Assembly: GCF_964188315.1 (NCBI RefSeq)
Contig: NC_135658.1
Span: 124,001 to 188,000, forward strand
From: Podarcis muralis
Lineage: Eukaryota
DNA: 64,000 bases
Direction of reading: 5' to 3'
A program made the translations under genes and the position numbers. Below, one piece after another: positions 37,901 to 47,500 of this stretch. The notes beneath the pieces were generated by a model, which worked only from the letters and a program-made list of their open reading frames with translations, was not told the origin of the DNA and made no database searches. Numbering within the stretch: the stretch's first letter is position 1; every line of letters starts with the position of its first letter.

Positions 37901-38282
37901 CACAGAAATCGCCCGCCTGAAGGACGAGAGCTCCCTGCGCAAGCCCTTCCCCACCAAGCCCAAGCCCCGCATCGACCCGCCTCCACTCATCACCTCCGTG
38001 GCGCACCCGGGCGCCAAGTCCGTGCCCCCCAAGCCGGCCGTGGGGCGGGCCTTCCCCCACCTGGCCACCGCCTCCTCCTCCTCTCTGCGACGCTCCCCCA
38101 TCAGCCACGAGGGCTCCCTCTCCTCGGCCGCCATGTCCCCCAGCTTCTCCCCCTCGCTCTCCCCACTGGCTGCGCGCTCCCCCATGGTCTCTCCCTTCGG
38201 GGTCTCCCAGGGGCCCTCGGCGTCCGCCATCAGCACCGAGCATTCCCTGGAGGCCTCTGAGGAGGCTGAGCTCCGCATCTAG
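7247..38282 (+). CDS. DCHS1: Protocadherin-16 / dachsous cadherin-related 1 (3240 aa)
   Basis: join(7247..8980,21940..22128,22655..22886,23017..23253,24167..25171,25283..25470,25656..25752,25898..26055,26144..26981,28180..28419,29393..29518,30069..30278,30869..31732,32279..32392,32874..33085,33228..33382,34160..34290,34549..34835,35344..35482,35716..38282) = 9723 nt; all GT-AG, phases consistent. Signal peptide, [14 protein letters not shown]-terminus, 27 cadherin repeats, TM helix ([26 protein letters not shown]), Dachsous tail motifs [22 protein letters not shown] and [30 protein letters not shown]-terminal ELRI. First coding exon starts at 7151 (5'UTR). Confidence 0.97.
9266..9450 (+). mobile_element. 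tRNA(Ala-like)-headed squamate SINE with a tandem duplication of the B-box segment
   Basis: AAGGTCCCAGGTTTAATCCC...CTCTAGGTAGGGCTGG...GGTCTGACT. The segment ATTTGTGAAGGG(T)CCCAGGTTTAATCCC is repeated at 9274-9300 and 9301-9328. A related antisense remnant lies at about 39395-39520. Confidence 0.55.
11647..13027 (-). mobile_element. 5'-truncated young CR1 LINE with an uninterrupted RT frame
   Basis: ORF 11726..13030 (434 aa): [37 protein letters not shown]. Ends in the (CATAGAAT)n tail at 11647. Confidence 0.97.
13945..14211 (-). mobile_element. CR1 3' fragment interrupted by an L2 3' tail (13963-14040)
   Basis: TAGAATCATAGAATTGTA | (AAT)n + TTTATACCCCGCCCATCTGGCTGGG...CCAGCCACTCT | GGGTTGGAAGGGACCCC; compare the uninterrupted tail at 17367. 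Confidence 0.75.
14331..14480 (+). mobile_element. tRNA-Lys-derived SINE with a CR1-like tail
   Basis: TAGCTCAG...CATGAGACTTTTAATCTCAGGGTCGTGGGTT...CCCCACATTG matches the vertebrate tRNA-Lys body, followed directly by GGGGCTGGACTAAATGACC...CCCTTCCAACTCTAC...TGATTC (CR1 3' end). Confidence 0.8.
17367..17465 (-). mobile_element. CR1 3' tail fragment
   Basis: TAGAATCATAGAATAGTAGAGTTGGAAGGGACCC...CATCTAGTCCAGCCCCCTGC. Confidence 0.75.
18140..18535 (-). mobile_element. Older CR1 fragment, 3' part (continues at 20802-20905)
   Basis: Collinear with 11690-12090 (CAACCTCTGCTTAAA; AAGTTCTTCCTGATGTTTAG; CTCTGGAGCAG); ends where the L2 tail begins. Confidence 0.8.
18536..20801 (-). mobile_element. 5'-truncated L2 LINE (about 2.27 kb) with frameshifts
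   Basis: ORFs 19799..20389 ([18 protein letters not shown]), 19435..19917 ([13 protein letters not shown]) and 18911..19663 ([29 protein letters not shown]); (AAT)n tail at 18536. Confidence 0.95.
20802..20905 (-). mobile_element. Older CR1 fragment, 5' part
   Basis: Encodes [20 protein letters not shown], matching [20 protein letters not shown] in the intact CR1. Confidence 0.8.
21148..21660 (-). mobile_element. RTE-clade LINE 3' fragment (not BovB)
   Basis: ORF 21172..21603 contains [42 protein letters not shown], a typical RTE C-terminus; (GAA)n-type tail. Confidence 0.8.
22498..22590 (-). mobile_element. CR1 3' tail fragment
   Basis: CATAGAATTATAGAA...GAGTTGGAAGGGACCCCAAGGACCATC. Confidence 0.65.
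27446..27649. mobile_element. Non-autonomous hAT (Charlie-type) MITE, OposCharlie1-like
   Basis: TIRs CAGGGGTCGGCAACC / GGTTGCTGTCCCCTG (13/15 match); perfect 8-bp TSD CTCTAGTG at 27438-27445 and 27650-27657. Confidence 0.92.
30455..30790 (-). mobile_element. Old L2-like remnant
   Basis: TTTATTTATTTATT tail followed by GGCAAGGAGTTCCA / ATTCCATGAAGTGGG motifs resembling the reverse complement of an L2 3' region; heavily decayed. Confidence 0.4.
31931..31978 (+). repeat. (AAT)16 microsatellite, probably an expanded retroelement tail
   Basis: Perfect AAT run preceded by an L2-tail-like segment (CACCACCCTCGGATCTTTTGATAAAGGG). Confidence 0.9.
32060..32200 (-). mobile_element. Old CR1 3' fragment
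   Basis: Similar to 2915-3050 (GCCTCTTGTGGGAGGGAGTTCCG...ATCTGTCCTGAATCTTCC). Confidence 0.6.
35585..35715 (+). repeat. Long CCT/CTT polypyrimidine low-complexity tract before the last DCHS1 exon
   Basis: About 130 nt of almost pure C/T ending at the AG at 35714-35715. Confidence 0.85.
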
Positions 38283-40223
38283 CTTGGGACTCCGCAAAGG
38301 GTCTTGACTGAGCACAACCCCCCCCCCCCGCTCCTGGAGCCGAGACTGTGGGACTTTGCCAGGCTGGCTCCTGCATCTGGGGCGCTCTGCCAGCAGGAGA
38401 GTCGTGGGTTGCAGAAGCTGCCCCGGCATCACCGTCCTCACCTCTTCCTGGGTGCAAAGGGATGCTGTGAGGGGCAGAATGCGTCCCTCTCCAGGCAACT
38501 GGCTGGCCAAAGCGGTGGCAGGAGATGGGCTGCGCTCCCAGGGGGCATTCCATGCGTGGCACAAGGACCACTGCCCTGTGGCAGATCTCACTGCTGTCCT
38601 TCCACTGCCCCCACCCCATGTACAGACGCTACTCACAGGAAGACACACACCACCTTCTCAGTATTGTTCCACCCCACCCCACCCCACGGGGCACTGCTCC
38701 CCCCTGCACACAGAGCTGGCTGGGCTGGGTCTGCTGAAGGGGCGCCTGGCTGAAGCCCCCATGGCCTCAGGGCTGTCACTGCCCCCTCCAGACCCGTGAG
38801 GGGACTCAAAGGCACCCCACAGCAGCAAAGGGGGCAGCCAGCACGGAGGGGCCTCTTTGCCTGACCAAAGCGTCTCTCTCTCTCTCTCTCTCTGGGCCAA
38901 GGTAGGTGCTACTTGTGCCCTTCACAGTCCCACATGATGCCACCAGCTCCCCTTCCGTGCCAGGGGGCCCCCGTGCCCTCCTCCCACTGCTTGCTTTGCA
39001 CTGGCATATGCATGCCTTGGGGGGCTGGTTTCCCCCCCCCCAAACACACACACACAAGCAAATCTTAACCTAGGAAGAGGGCATCTTCACTTTGCTCGCT
39101 CACTCTGACAGCTTGGCACTGGGTGTGGGGCCATGGGGTCGTGGGGCGATACAGCACCAATGCCCTTCTTGTCCGCGTTGCTCTTTGTCTGAGACTGAAG
39201 CAGGGGATCCCAGACTCCCCACAACTTCAAAGCAATACCTCCCCCACCCTCAGCACAGACTTGCAATAACCAAGTGGCTTCCATTTTTCAGTGAGGGGAG
39301 TGAATGGTACTACAGTAGCAATAATTAAACACCCCTGTCTGTCCACCCCCATCCCGCCCTACAGGCACATACATGAGAATAAGGGCAAGCAGAGGGAGCG
39401 GCCATCTCCTGAAGCCATCCAGCTCTGGCTGGTAGCAGCTGCCTAGACAGGGGAACGTCCCAGGCCTCCCTGGAGAGGCGGCCAAGTTTTGTACCCAGGA
39501 TCTTCTGCATGCCAAGCAGCTGCTCCCCCCTTCCCTGCCAGTGCTGGCAAGAGGGATCGCGTCTGGCCAAATGCCCTGCAGATAGAAAGCTAGCATGTCA
39601 GGAGGGGAAGAGTTCAGCTGCCAGGCTGGTCAACTGGCTCCAGCATGACAAGGAGCTTGAGGGGCCACAGGGGCTTGAAAGCTGCAGATGGGAAGAGTTG
39701 ACGGGTGCAAGAGACCCCATGAGGGCAGGGGCAGGAAGGGGACGGAAGCTGCAACAAGTTTGCTCCTTGCCCACAGGCTTCCCAGAAGGCTCCTGCGCAG
39801 GGGGGGGGGGGGCTGGGGTGGCCGAGGGCACTTCCTCTCCAGGCCGGGAAAAGCTCTACCAGCAGAATTGCTGCCTGCATGCACAAGACCAATGGGCCCA
39901 GGCCTTTCTGAGGGACAAGCACAGGAGACCCCTGCTGAGCGGGCGAGGAGGGTGCCCCGCCTTCCCCCTCCCATGCCCATTTAACCCCACTGGGCCCGTC
40001 CTGGAGCCCCCCTCTCCGGCATCCTCTCTGCCCTGACTGCGGCCCAGCCTGGCAGACTCTCTTTATTTATTGTAATCTGTTTCCTATTTCCAGCATTTTG
40101 TATCTTTTTGTATTGCTGAGCACCCGCAGCATGATAAGTCCCGGGTGCCCCGCCCGCCCCCTCCCTGGCCCTCCTTTTGAGCAGGGACCAGATCCAAGTG
40201 CCAACTTTTTGAAGTAATGCCTT

Positions 40224-40229
40224 AATAAA
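40224..40229 (+). terminator. DCHS1: Probable DCHS1 polyadenylation signal
   Basis: AATAAA about 1.94 kb after the stop codon, preceded by an AU-rich segment and followed by a GT-rich element (CGTGTTTGT). Confidence 0.7.
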
Positions 40230-40289
40230 CCACACCGTGTTTGTAAGGACTCGTCTTCTTGGCGGGGCGGGGGGGGGGCTGAGGGGATG

Positions 40290-41230
40290 AGACGGGGCCC
40301 CGCACCCCAAAGGCAACCGCTTAGGGGTGGCGGGAGGCAGCTTAATGGGCCAGAAAACCCTCGGAAGAGCTTTCGGGTCCAGGATCAGGCCAAGGGCTCA
40401 TCTCGTCCGCCCCCAAGAGGAGCCGGCAAGCAGCATCCGAGCCAAGAGCCTTCGCCCCTCCTGTGCTTCCAGCCACGGGCCGGCAGAAGCGGGGCTGCCT
40501 CCAGCTGCAGAGTCAAGCACAGTCGTGGCGGCTCGGAGCCCCCGATCGCCCCCGACGGGGCTCCCGTGGCGAGAGCAGCCGCTCTTCCTCCTGGACGGCT
40601 GTTCCCTCCAGCACCCCTCTCTCCCCCAAGTGCAGTTTGCTGCCCCACTCGACGCCCAGACCTGCGGCGGCGGCGGCGAGGAAAGCCCCGGCCGGCGCCG
40701 CGGGCGAAGGGGGTCGGCGTCGGCGCTGCTTCCGGAGGCCCTGACAGGAGGGGGCTTTCCCGACCCGCGCCACCCCCGGTCGCCGCGCCTGGTCCCGGCT
40801 CCCGCCCCGCGCTCAGCTTTGGGGGCTTCATCCGCTTAGCCTAAGCCCCGAAGCAGATGCGCCTAATCAGGCGGCTCAGCTCCCCGCGGCGGCCAATTGG
40901 CAGGATTAGCCAGAGCGGCCCGCAGACGTGAACTCCGGGTGAACCTGGACGCTTGAGCGGCGAGTCTTGCCTGACGGGGTGGACTAGATGACCTGGGGAA
41001 TCCCTTCCCACTCGGCAGCTCCGCGCCCCTCTGGAGCCCCCCAACCCAGCCGAGCGCGCCGCCTCTGGCAGCCCTCCAGGAGGTGAGGGGGAGGGAGCCC
41101 CGCGGGGCAGGGGCTTGGGGCGGAGGCTCTCCTCAGCGCTTGCCCCGGGCACGAGCCTTGGTCGGCAGTTCGGGGGCGAGCGGCTGGAGGACACCGGAGA
41201 GAGCGGAGGAACCGGGTTGCTCCCACTAAA
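40290..41230. promoter_or_regulatory. Orphan CpG island between DCHS1 and TPP1
   Basis: High CpG density, ETS motif CTTCCGG (about 40728), GC box CCCGCCCC (about 40801), GGCCAATTGGC (about 40891); no recognisable coding exon. Confidence 0.6.
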
Positions 41231-42667
41231 CACTCAGAAAAACTTTCCGACAGTCAGAGCTGTTCAGCAGTGGAAGAGATTCCCGCGAGGGGAAGGTTGA
41301 AGTTCTTAAAGAGAGGCTGGATGGCCATCTGAGGTCCAGCCCCACTGTTAATGCTAGTGCTCCATGGGGCCCAGACCTGTGGGCTGGAGCCTGGAGGTGT
41401 GTGAGCATGTTTATCCAGAGCACGTGGAAGCTGCTGTTGATCTCTCTTGCCAAAAAAGAGTTAACTAGCAGGTGTGTGTCATCTTTATCTGCATCTCTCT
41501 AATGCCTTACATTTGCTAAAACCCAAGTCTGCCCACGGGCTGAAGACATTTGGGCAAACGCCCTTCTGATCCCTGCGCTGTCGGGAGGCCTCCTCGCCCT
41601 TCCTCTTGTCCCTGCTCTCACTTGTGTAGGCAAAAGACCAGTCGAACAAGAACAGGAGGAGGAGAGCCTCCTGGGTCAGGCGAGGGGCTGATTTCAAGTC
41701 AAGTGGCCTAGTTTGCTACGGTTCTTCTTTGTTGTGTAAGTTGAGACAATGGGTTGCCTCGGAAGCAAACAGCTAGGGGTAGGGAAAAGGGACCACATCT
41801 TTTGTCTTTCCTTCCTCAGTATCCGCTGGGAAATGATGTCATCAAGCTGCTTGCAAAGAAGCCGTAGCATTTAGACTGAGTTGAGAAGGGGACACATGGA
41901 AGGCTGCATTGCTCTCTGCAAGAATCCTCACCCTGGAAGCTCCGCAGGGAAGCAGCATCTCCCGGGCCCTTCCACTTATGCTCAGCCTGTGTGTTGGGCC
42001 CTGGGCCTCTGGGGGGCCACAGCCTCCCCGTCTACAAATGGAGAAGGAAGAGCCTTGCTTCTGTGCTCACGTCCTGCCTCCAGGCTTCCCCTGGTGTGAG
42101 AAGAGGGTGCTTGACGGGACAGGCTGTTCCTCTGATCCTGCAGCCAGGCTCCTTTTGTGTTTCATCAACGTCAAAAGCCTTCAAGGACTTCCTTCGGAAG
42201 GAAGCAGCCGGGATGCATGATGTGTCCTTGCAGGAGTTGTTCTTATTTCACCATCAGGTCACAGCTTGCGACAATTTAATAAGCAACCTTAAAAGCACTT
42301 CAAAACAAATTAGTCACAGGAAGAAGGTGGGTCCTGGTGACTCGCACCTCGGGCGTCAGAGGCCGGGGGAAGGTGTGCCTCTTTGGCGTGTGACGGAAAC
42401 CCCAAACCATGCAGGTGCACCGGAGGGGGGGGGGCAGCCCCTGCTTCTCAGTGCTCAGAGAGCTGCAATGTGTCTAGCAGCAGCCTGTGACCAAGCAGGG
42501 TGTTCTGAGGTGTGGGGTGCAGGCGAGTCCTGCTTTTGGCCGGATCAGCTTGCTGGCCCTTGCAGCCCAGGGCTGTCTGACTGGCAGAAGATCTCTGGCA
42601 TCTTGAGCAGAGATCAGTCCCTTTCCTGGCCCTCCAGCTTGAATGCAAGGAGCCCAGGCATTAGAGG

Positions 42668-43455
42668 GAAAGGGAAAGGAGCCCTGGACGGTGGCGGTTG
42701 TTGTTGTCTAGTCGTTTAGTCCTGTCTGCCTCTTCGTGACCCCCTGGACCAGAGCACGCCAGGCACTTCTGTCTTCCACTGCCTCCCGCAGTTTGGTCAA
42801 ACTCATGCTGGGAGCTTCGAGAACACTGTCCCACCATCTCGTCCTCTGTCGTCCCCTTCTCCTTGCGCCCTCCATCTTTCCCCACATCAGGGGCTTTTCC
42901 AGGGAGTCTTCTCTTCTCAGGAGGTGGAGTACTGGAGCCTCAGCTTTAGGATCTGTCCTTCCAGTGAGCGCTCAGGGCTGATTTCCTTCCGAATGGAGAG
43001 GTTTGATCATCTTGCAGTCCATGGGACTCTCAAGAGTCTCCTCCAGCACCAGAATTCAAAAGCATCAATTCTTCGGCAATCAGCCTTCTTTATGGTCCAG
43101 CTCTCACTTCCATACATCACTACTGGGAAAACCATAGCTTTTACTATACGGGCCTTTGTTTAAGTCCAGTCAAATTCAGCTAAGGGTTATGGCGCTTTCC
43201 GGGTCATGTGGCCAGCATGACTAAACCACTACTGGAGCATGGAGGACCATGACGAGTGCCAGAGCACCATTTACCTTCCCGCTGCAGCAGTTCCTATTTA
43301 TCTCCTCTCACTGGTATGCTTTTGAACTGCTAGGTTGGCAGAAGCTGGGACAGAGCAACAGGAACACACTCTGTTGCGCGGATTTGAACCGCCAACCTTC
43401 TGATCAGCAAGCCCAAGAGGCTCAGTAGTTTAGAGCACAGGGCCACCCGTGTCCC
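42668..43455 (-). mobile_element. Sauria SINE split by a BovB insertion
   Basis: AAAGGGAAAGGAGCCCTGGACGG (42668-42692) continues as TTAAGTCCAGTCAAA...CCGGGTCATGTGGCCAGCATGACTAAACC...TTTACCTTCCCG...GAACTGCTAGGTTGGCAG...GCCACCCGTGTCCC (43160-43455), matching the recalled Sauria SINE reverse complement. Confidence 0.85.
42697..43159 (-). mobile_element. BovB (RTE) LINE 3' fragment
   Basis: (CAA)n tail; reverse strand gives the BovB 3' region (GGGGACGACAGAGGACGAGATGG...GGAAGACAGAAGTGCCTGGCGTGCTCTGGTCC), with frameshifts. Confidence 0.9.
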
Positions 43456-44130
43456 ACAATGCTACGTTCTAACACGACTTCTAAGTCCAGTGTTGGGCTG
43501 CCCCTGAACACCACTTGCTGGGAAGAGCACAGGTCCCCCTTGCAGGCTCCCCAGAGACGTCTGGCCGGCCACGGAGAGAAGAGGGAGCTGCACCAGACGG
43601 GCCTTTGGTCTTGCTCAGCTGCCGGGCTCCTCCTGTGCAGGTCCCTCCCACCAACCCAACTTGAGAGATTGGTGTGAAGCAGGAGGGCTCCTTTGAGGCT
43701 GTGGTTCTAACCTGGATCTGGGCTCCAGCCTTGAAAGGGATGCCAGTGCCAACCACTACCAGTCCCCCTTCCACAAAACACTCGATTTCCCCCATGGACC
43801 TGTGTTTACTCCGCAGGAGGCGATGCTTCTTACTAGATAGCTTTGGAAGGGAGAGCAGCAGACCACTCTCTGCCAGCCTGCAGACGAGGCGAGGGCTCCT
43901 CTGTCTTTCCCAAGAGATGGGGTGGGGATGCGAACGATGGGCAGGTGCCGCTGGCAGCCCTGTGACAGCTCCTGCAGGGGACCATTTCATCTCACCCCCT
44001 TCTGATCCCCACCCACTTCTAATGCGTGCTAAAATGCTTGTCCTTCCTTAAAAGCAAAGTTAGTCACGCAACAGCCCTCGAACCGCAGCTGGGCATCTCG
44101 CGGGCCTTCGGTGTGGCCCTGGCGGGTGCC

Positions 44131-44559
44131 CACATGAGCCCCTGCCCACGTGTGGTGCAGTTGTGGCGGGGAAGGTGGTGACATCAGGATCCCGAGGGCG
44201 AGCGTCGCCGCTTCCAGCGCAGCCCCCGGACAGAAAAGGCGCCCCAGCTCTCACCCGGATTTATTCCTTTCCCGACGGGCAGATTTCCTGGAAAGCCCCT
44301 CCGAACATTTCGCGCTTCCCTTTCTTTTTCACGAGCCCTGTCCTCGCGTCCCACCGGGCGAGGCTTGGGGGAGCATCCATCGGGGGTCCACAGGCGCCCC
44401 TCTCGCCCGCCCCGGCGTCGGTTCCGGCGGCCAGAGTGCAGCCTCTGAGCACGCACAGAGTGCAGCCAGCTCAAAGCAGCCCAGCGGGCGAGCCACGTGA
44501 TCTGGATGTCTCTCCCCCCCCCCCGCAATCATGTGACGGGCAGCTTCTCACGTGACTCA
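44131..44559 (+). promoter_or_regulatory. TPP1: TPP1 promoter with clustered E-box/CLEAR motifs
   Basis: CACATG 44131, CACGTG 44147, CACGTGA 44494, TCATGTGAC 44529, TCACGTGAC 44548 overlapping AP-1 TGACTCA 44553; lies in a CpG island. Confidence 0.75.
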
Positions 44560-44597
44560 GTTCTGGGCTCCTGCCTCGAGAGACGGGCTGCGCTGCG

Positions 44598-47500
44598 ATG
44601 GGGCTGCTGGACTGCCGGTACCGGGGCGCGGGGGGCGCGGGGAAGGGGGGAAGGGGGAAGCCCCCCCCGGCAGACGCTTCCCGCTCCGCGGCCTGACACC
44701 CCCCCCGTTTCTCCCGCGCAGGTGCCTCCTGCTGGCGCTGCTCCAGCTGCCCGCCTTGCTCCGCTTGGACGCCGCCGACGCCGCCGCCGCCTTCGGGTGG
44801 GCTCCGGAGCCGGACCAGCTTTTCCAGTAAGCGGCCGCAGCGGGGCCCCGGCCGGGCCTGGGGCGGAGGGCGCCGTCGGGGCAGCAGGACGAGCGCGGCG
44901 AGCGACGGGCGCTTGGGCCCCTCGGGGCTTGCTCGCCGCCCGGCTCCCGCGAAGGAGGCGGAGGTGGGCAGCCGCGGACCCCAAGCGCCCGTCGGCCCGG
45001 AGGAGGTTGGGGGCAGCTGGCAGGAAGGACCCGCCCCCAGATGGGGGGGCTATCAATACTAATGCTATGATTATTGGGAGGTGGGTCTGGTTGGTGTAGT
45101 GGTTCAGAGTGGTGGACTCGTAATCTGGGGAACCGGGTTCGATTCCCTGCTCCTCCACCTGCAGCTGCTGGGTGACCTTGGGCCAGTCACACTTCTCTGA
45201 AGTCTCTCAGCCCCACTCACCTCACAGAGTGTTTGTTGTGGGGAGGAAGGGAGAGGAGAATGTGAGCCGCTTGGAGACTCCTTCGGGTAGTGATAAAGAG
45301 GGATATCAAATCCAATCTCTTCTTCTTCCTTTGGCCTTGCCAGCGGAGCTTGCTGGATCCCCATCCATCTGTTTAAGGAGCCTCCTTTTCTGTGAAATGG
45401 GTGCAGGGTGTTAATTCCCGGTTCCTCTGGGGGAAAAGCTGGATTTGGCTGGCGCTGCCAGACTTGGGCACTGCTCTTGCCTCAGCTGCCCACACTCTCT
45501 GCCAGCTTGGTGCCACCTGTGACAGCCGTGTCTCTTTCCCAGGATCCCGGAGGGATGGAGCTGTCTGGGTCGAGTGGCTGCCTCGGAGGCGCTGAGCCTG
45601 ACCTTCGCCCTCCGGCAGCAGAATGTGGGGCGCCTGGAGGAGCTGGTGCAGCGAGTCTCCTCTCCAGACTCTCCAGAGTATGGTAATGCCCCCCTTCTCT
45701 CTCTGCCCCCCACTTCTGCCCCTCCTGCTGGGGCTTCCCTGATCTCTCAGCACAGCCAGGAGAGCGGCCCCCTTGTGGCTCAGGGGCACGTTTCACGTGT
45801 CCTTGGCGGACTGCACAGGCTTCTCCTCACAACACTGTTCTTTTTTTTAATTTTTTTAAAAAAAATAATTTTTATTAATTTTCCAACACATAATAAAGAC
45901 AATACATTACACAATACACAAACAAACAAACACATAAACACGTATAATTTCAAAACCTTCTTTTCATAACTCTTGCTTCTCCGACTTCCCCATACCTCCC
46001 CTTTCTGCATCTCTGTTTCAACATTTCTTCAGCAAGTCCTCACTTAATTTAACTGATTACTCATTTTTTATCTCCTTCTCTCTTACATAAAAGTCGTTTA
46101 CAGCTGTAATCCTCTTTTTCCTGTACCCTTGACATTTTAGCACTCGTTAATTTTACAACAATTCTTAAGATACATTTTAAAGTTCTTCCAATCATTCTCC
46201 ACAGTCTCTTTTCCTTGGTCACGGATTCTGCCTGTCATCTCGGCCAGTCCCATGTAGTCAATCACCTTCATCTGCCATTCTTCCAATGTGGGTAGTTCTT
46301 GTGTCTTCCAATACTTTGCTATAAGAACCCTTGCTGCTGTAGTAGCATACATAAAAAACGTCCTATCTCTTTTTGACATCAATTGGCCAACCATGCCCAG
46401 GAGAAAGGCCTCTGGTTTCTCCTTACAACACTGTTCTAAGGTAGGCACATACTGTTCCTGGGCTCCCTTGCAGCCGAGGCTGGCAGCCCTCGGAATGTCT
46501 CCCAGGCAGTGAGTCCTACCGAGCGCAGCGGGACATGGTCCTGTGTGCAAGGATTGCAGCCGCAAGGACTTCCTGCTCAGCTTCTCTTGCACAATCTTTG
46601 GCGCTCTGGTGGCTCCCTGGGAGGAGCAGCTCGTAGGGTTTGTGGGAGGCAGGCAGGCAGATTTCCTCTCCCAACTCCAAGGACGTCTTTACACCACAGG
46701 ACCATCTTGGTGGTTTTCCTGTGTCCTGAGGGAACTCTTTCTCCTGAGAGGGGGCAGTTGGCTAGCCTAGGAGTCCCTAGCAGAGCTCTCAGCCCCATTC
46801 CTAGGCTGCTGCTGCTGCTGCTGCTCCCATGGCTCTCAGGGGAAGCCTGTCAGTCAAGGGGGACCAGAAGTGGCATCTTCAACAGGAAGTGGGCAGACCG
46901 ATCAGCCGCCGGCAACCAGCGATGGAAGACTGTGCCCCTGCTTGGCTGCCCAGCTCCCCTGGCAGTCGGGGGGTGGAGGGAGACCCCTGGGACCCTCTGA
47001 GGTAGGTGGGCCACCAGAAGTCTCCTTCCCTCCCTCCACGCTCCCCTTTGTCTCGCAGGCCGGTTCCTGTCTCTGGCGGAGGTGCAGGCCCTGGTCGCCC
47101 CCTCCCCGCAGACGCTGAATGCCGTTCGCAAGTGGCTGGAGGCTCACGGGATCTGGGACTGCACAGACGTGGGCACCAAGGACTTCTTGCAGTGCCAGGT
47201 GCCAGCCGGGTGAGTTGGGACGCGGGGGCTCTTGGGGCAAGGGGACGGCACAGAAGGCACCCTGAGCTCCCCCCACAGCTGACCCTGACCCGAGGCTTCT
47301 CCATGCAGCATGGCAGAGCAGCTCCTCCCGGGGGCCCAGTTCCAGCGCTACGTCAATGGGGAGCGAAGCGTCGTGAGGTCTCCCTTTGCCTACACCTTAG
47401 CAGAGGAGCTGGCGGAGCACCTGGATTTTGGTACGGAAGCCTTGGGGAAACGGGGAGCGGCAGCAGGGGACGCTCTGTCCCTCGTGTGCATGAGCCCAGA

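Noticed and set aside
36114-38648. 844-aa antisense ORF over the last DCHS1 exon (also 26120..27415 and 30865..32007)
   Set aside because: Shadow frames produced by strong GC3 codon bias on the coding strand.
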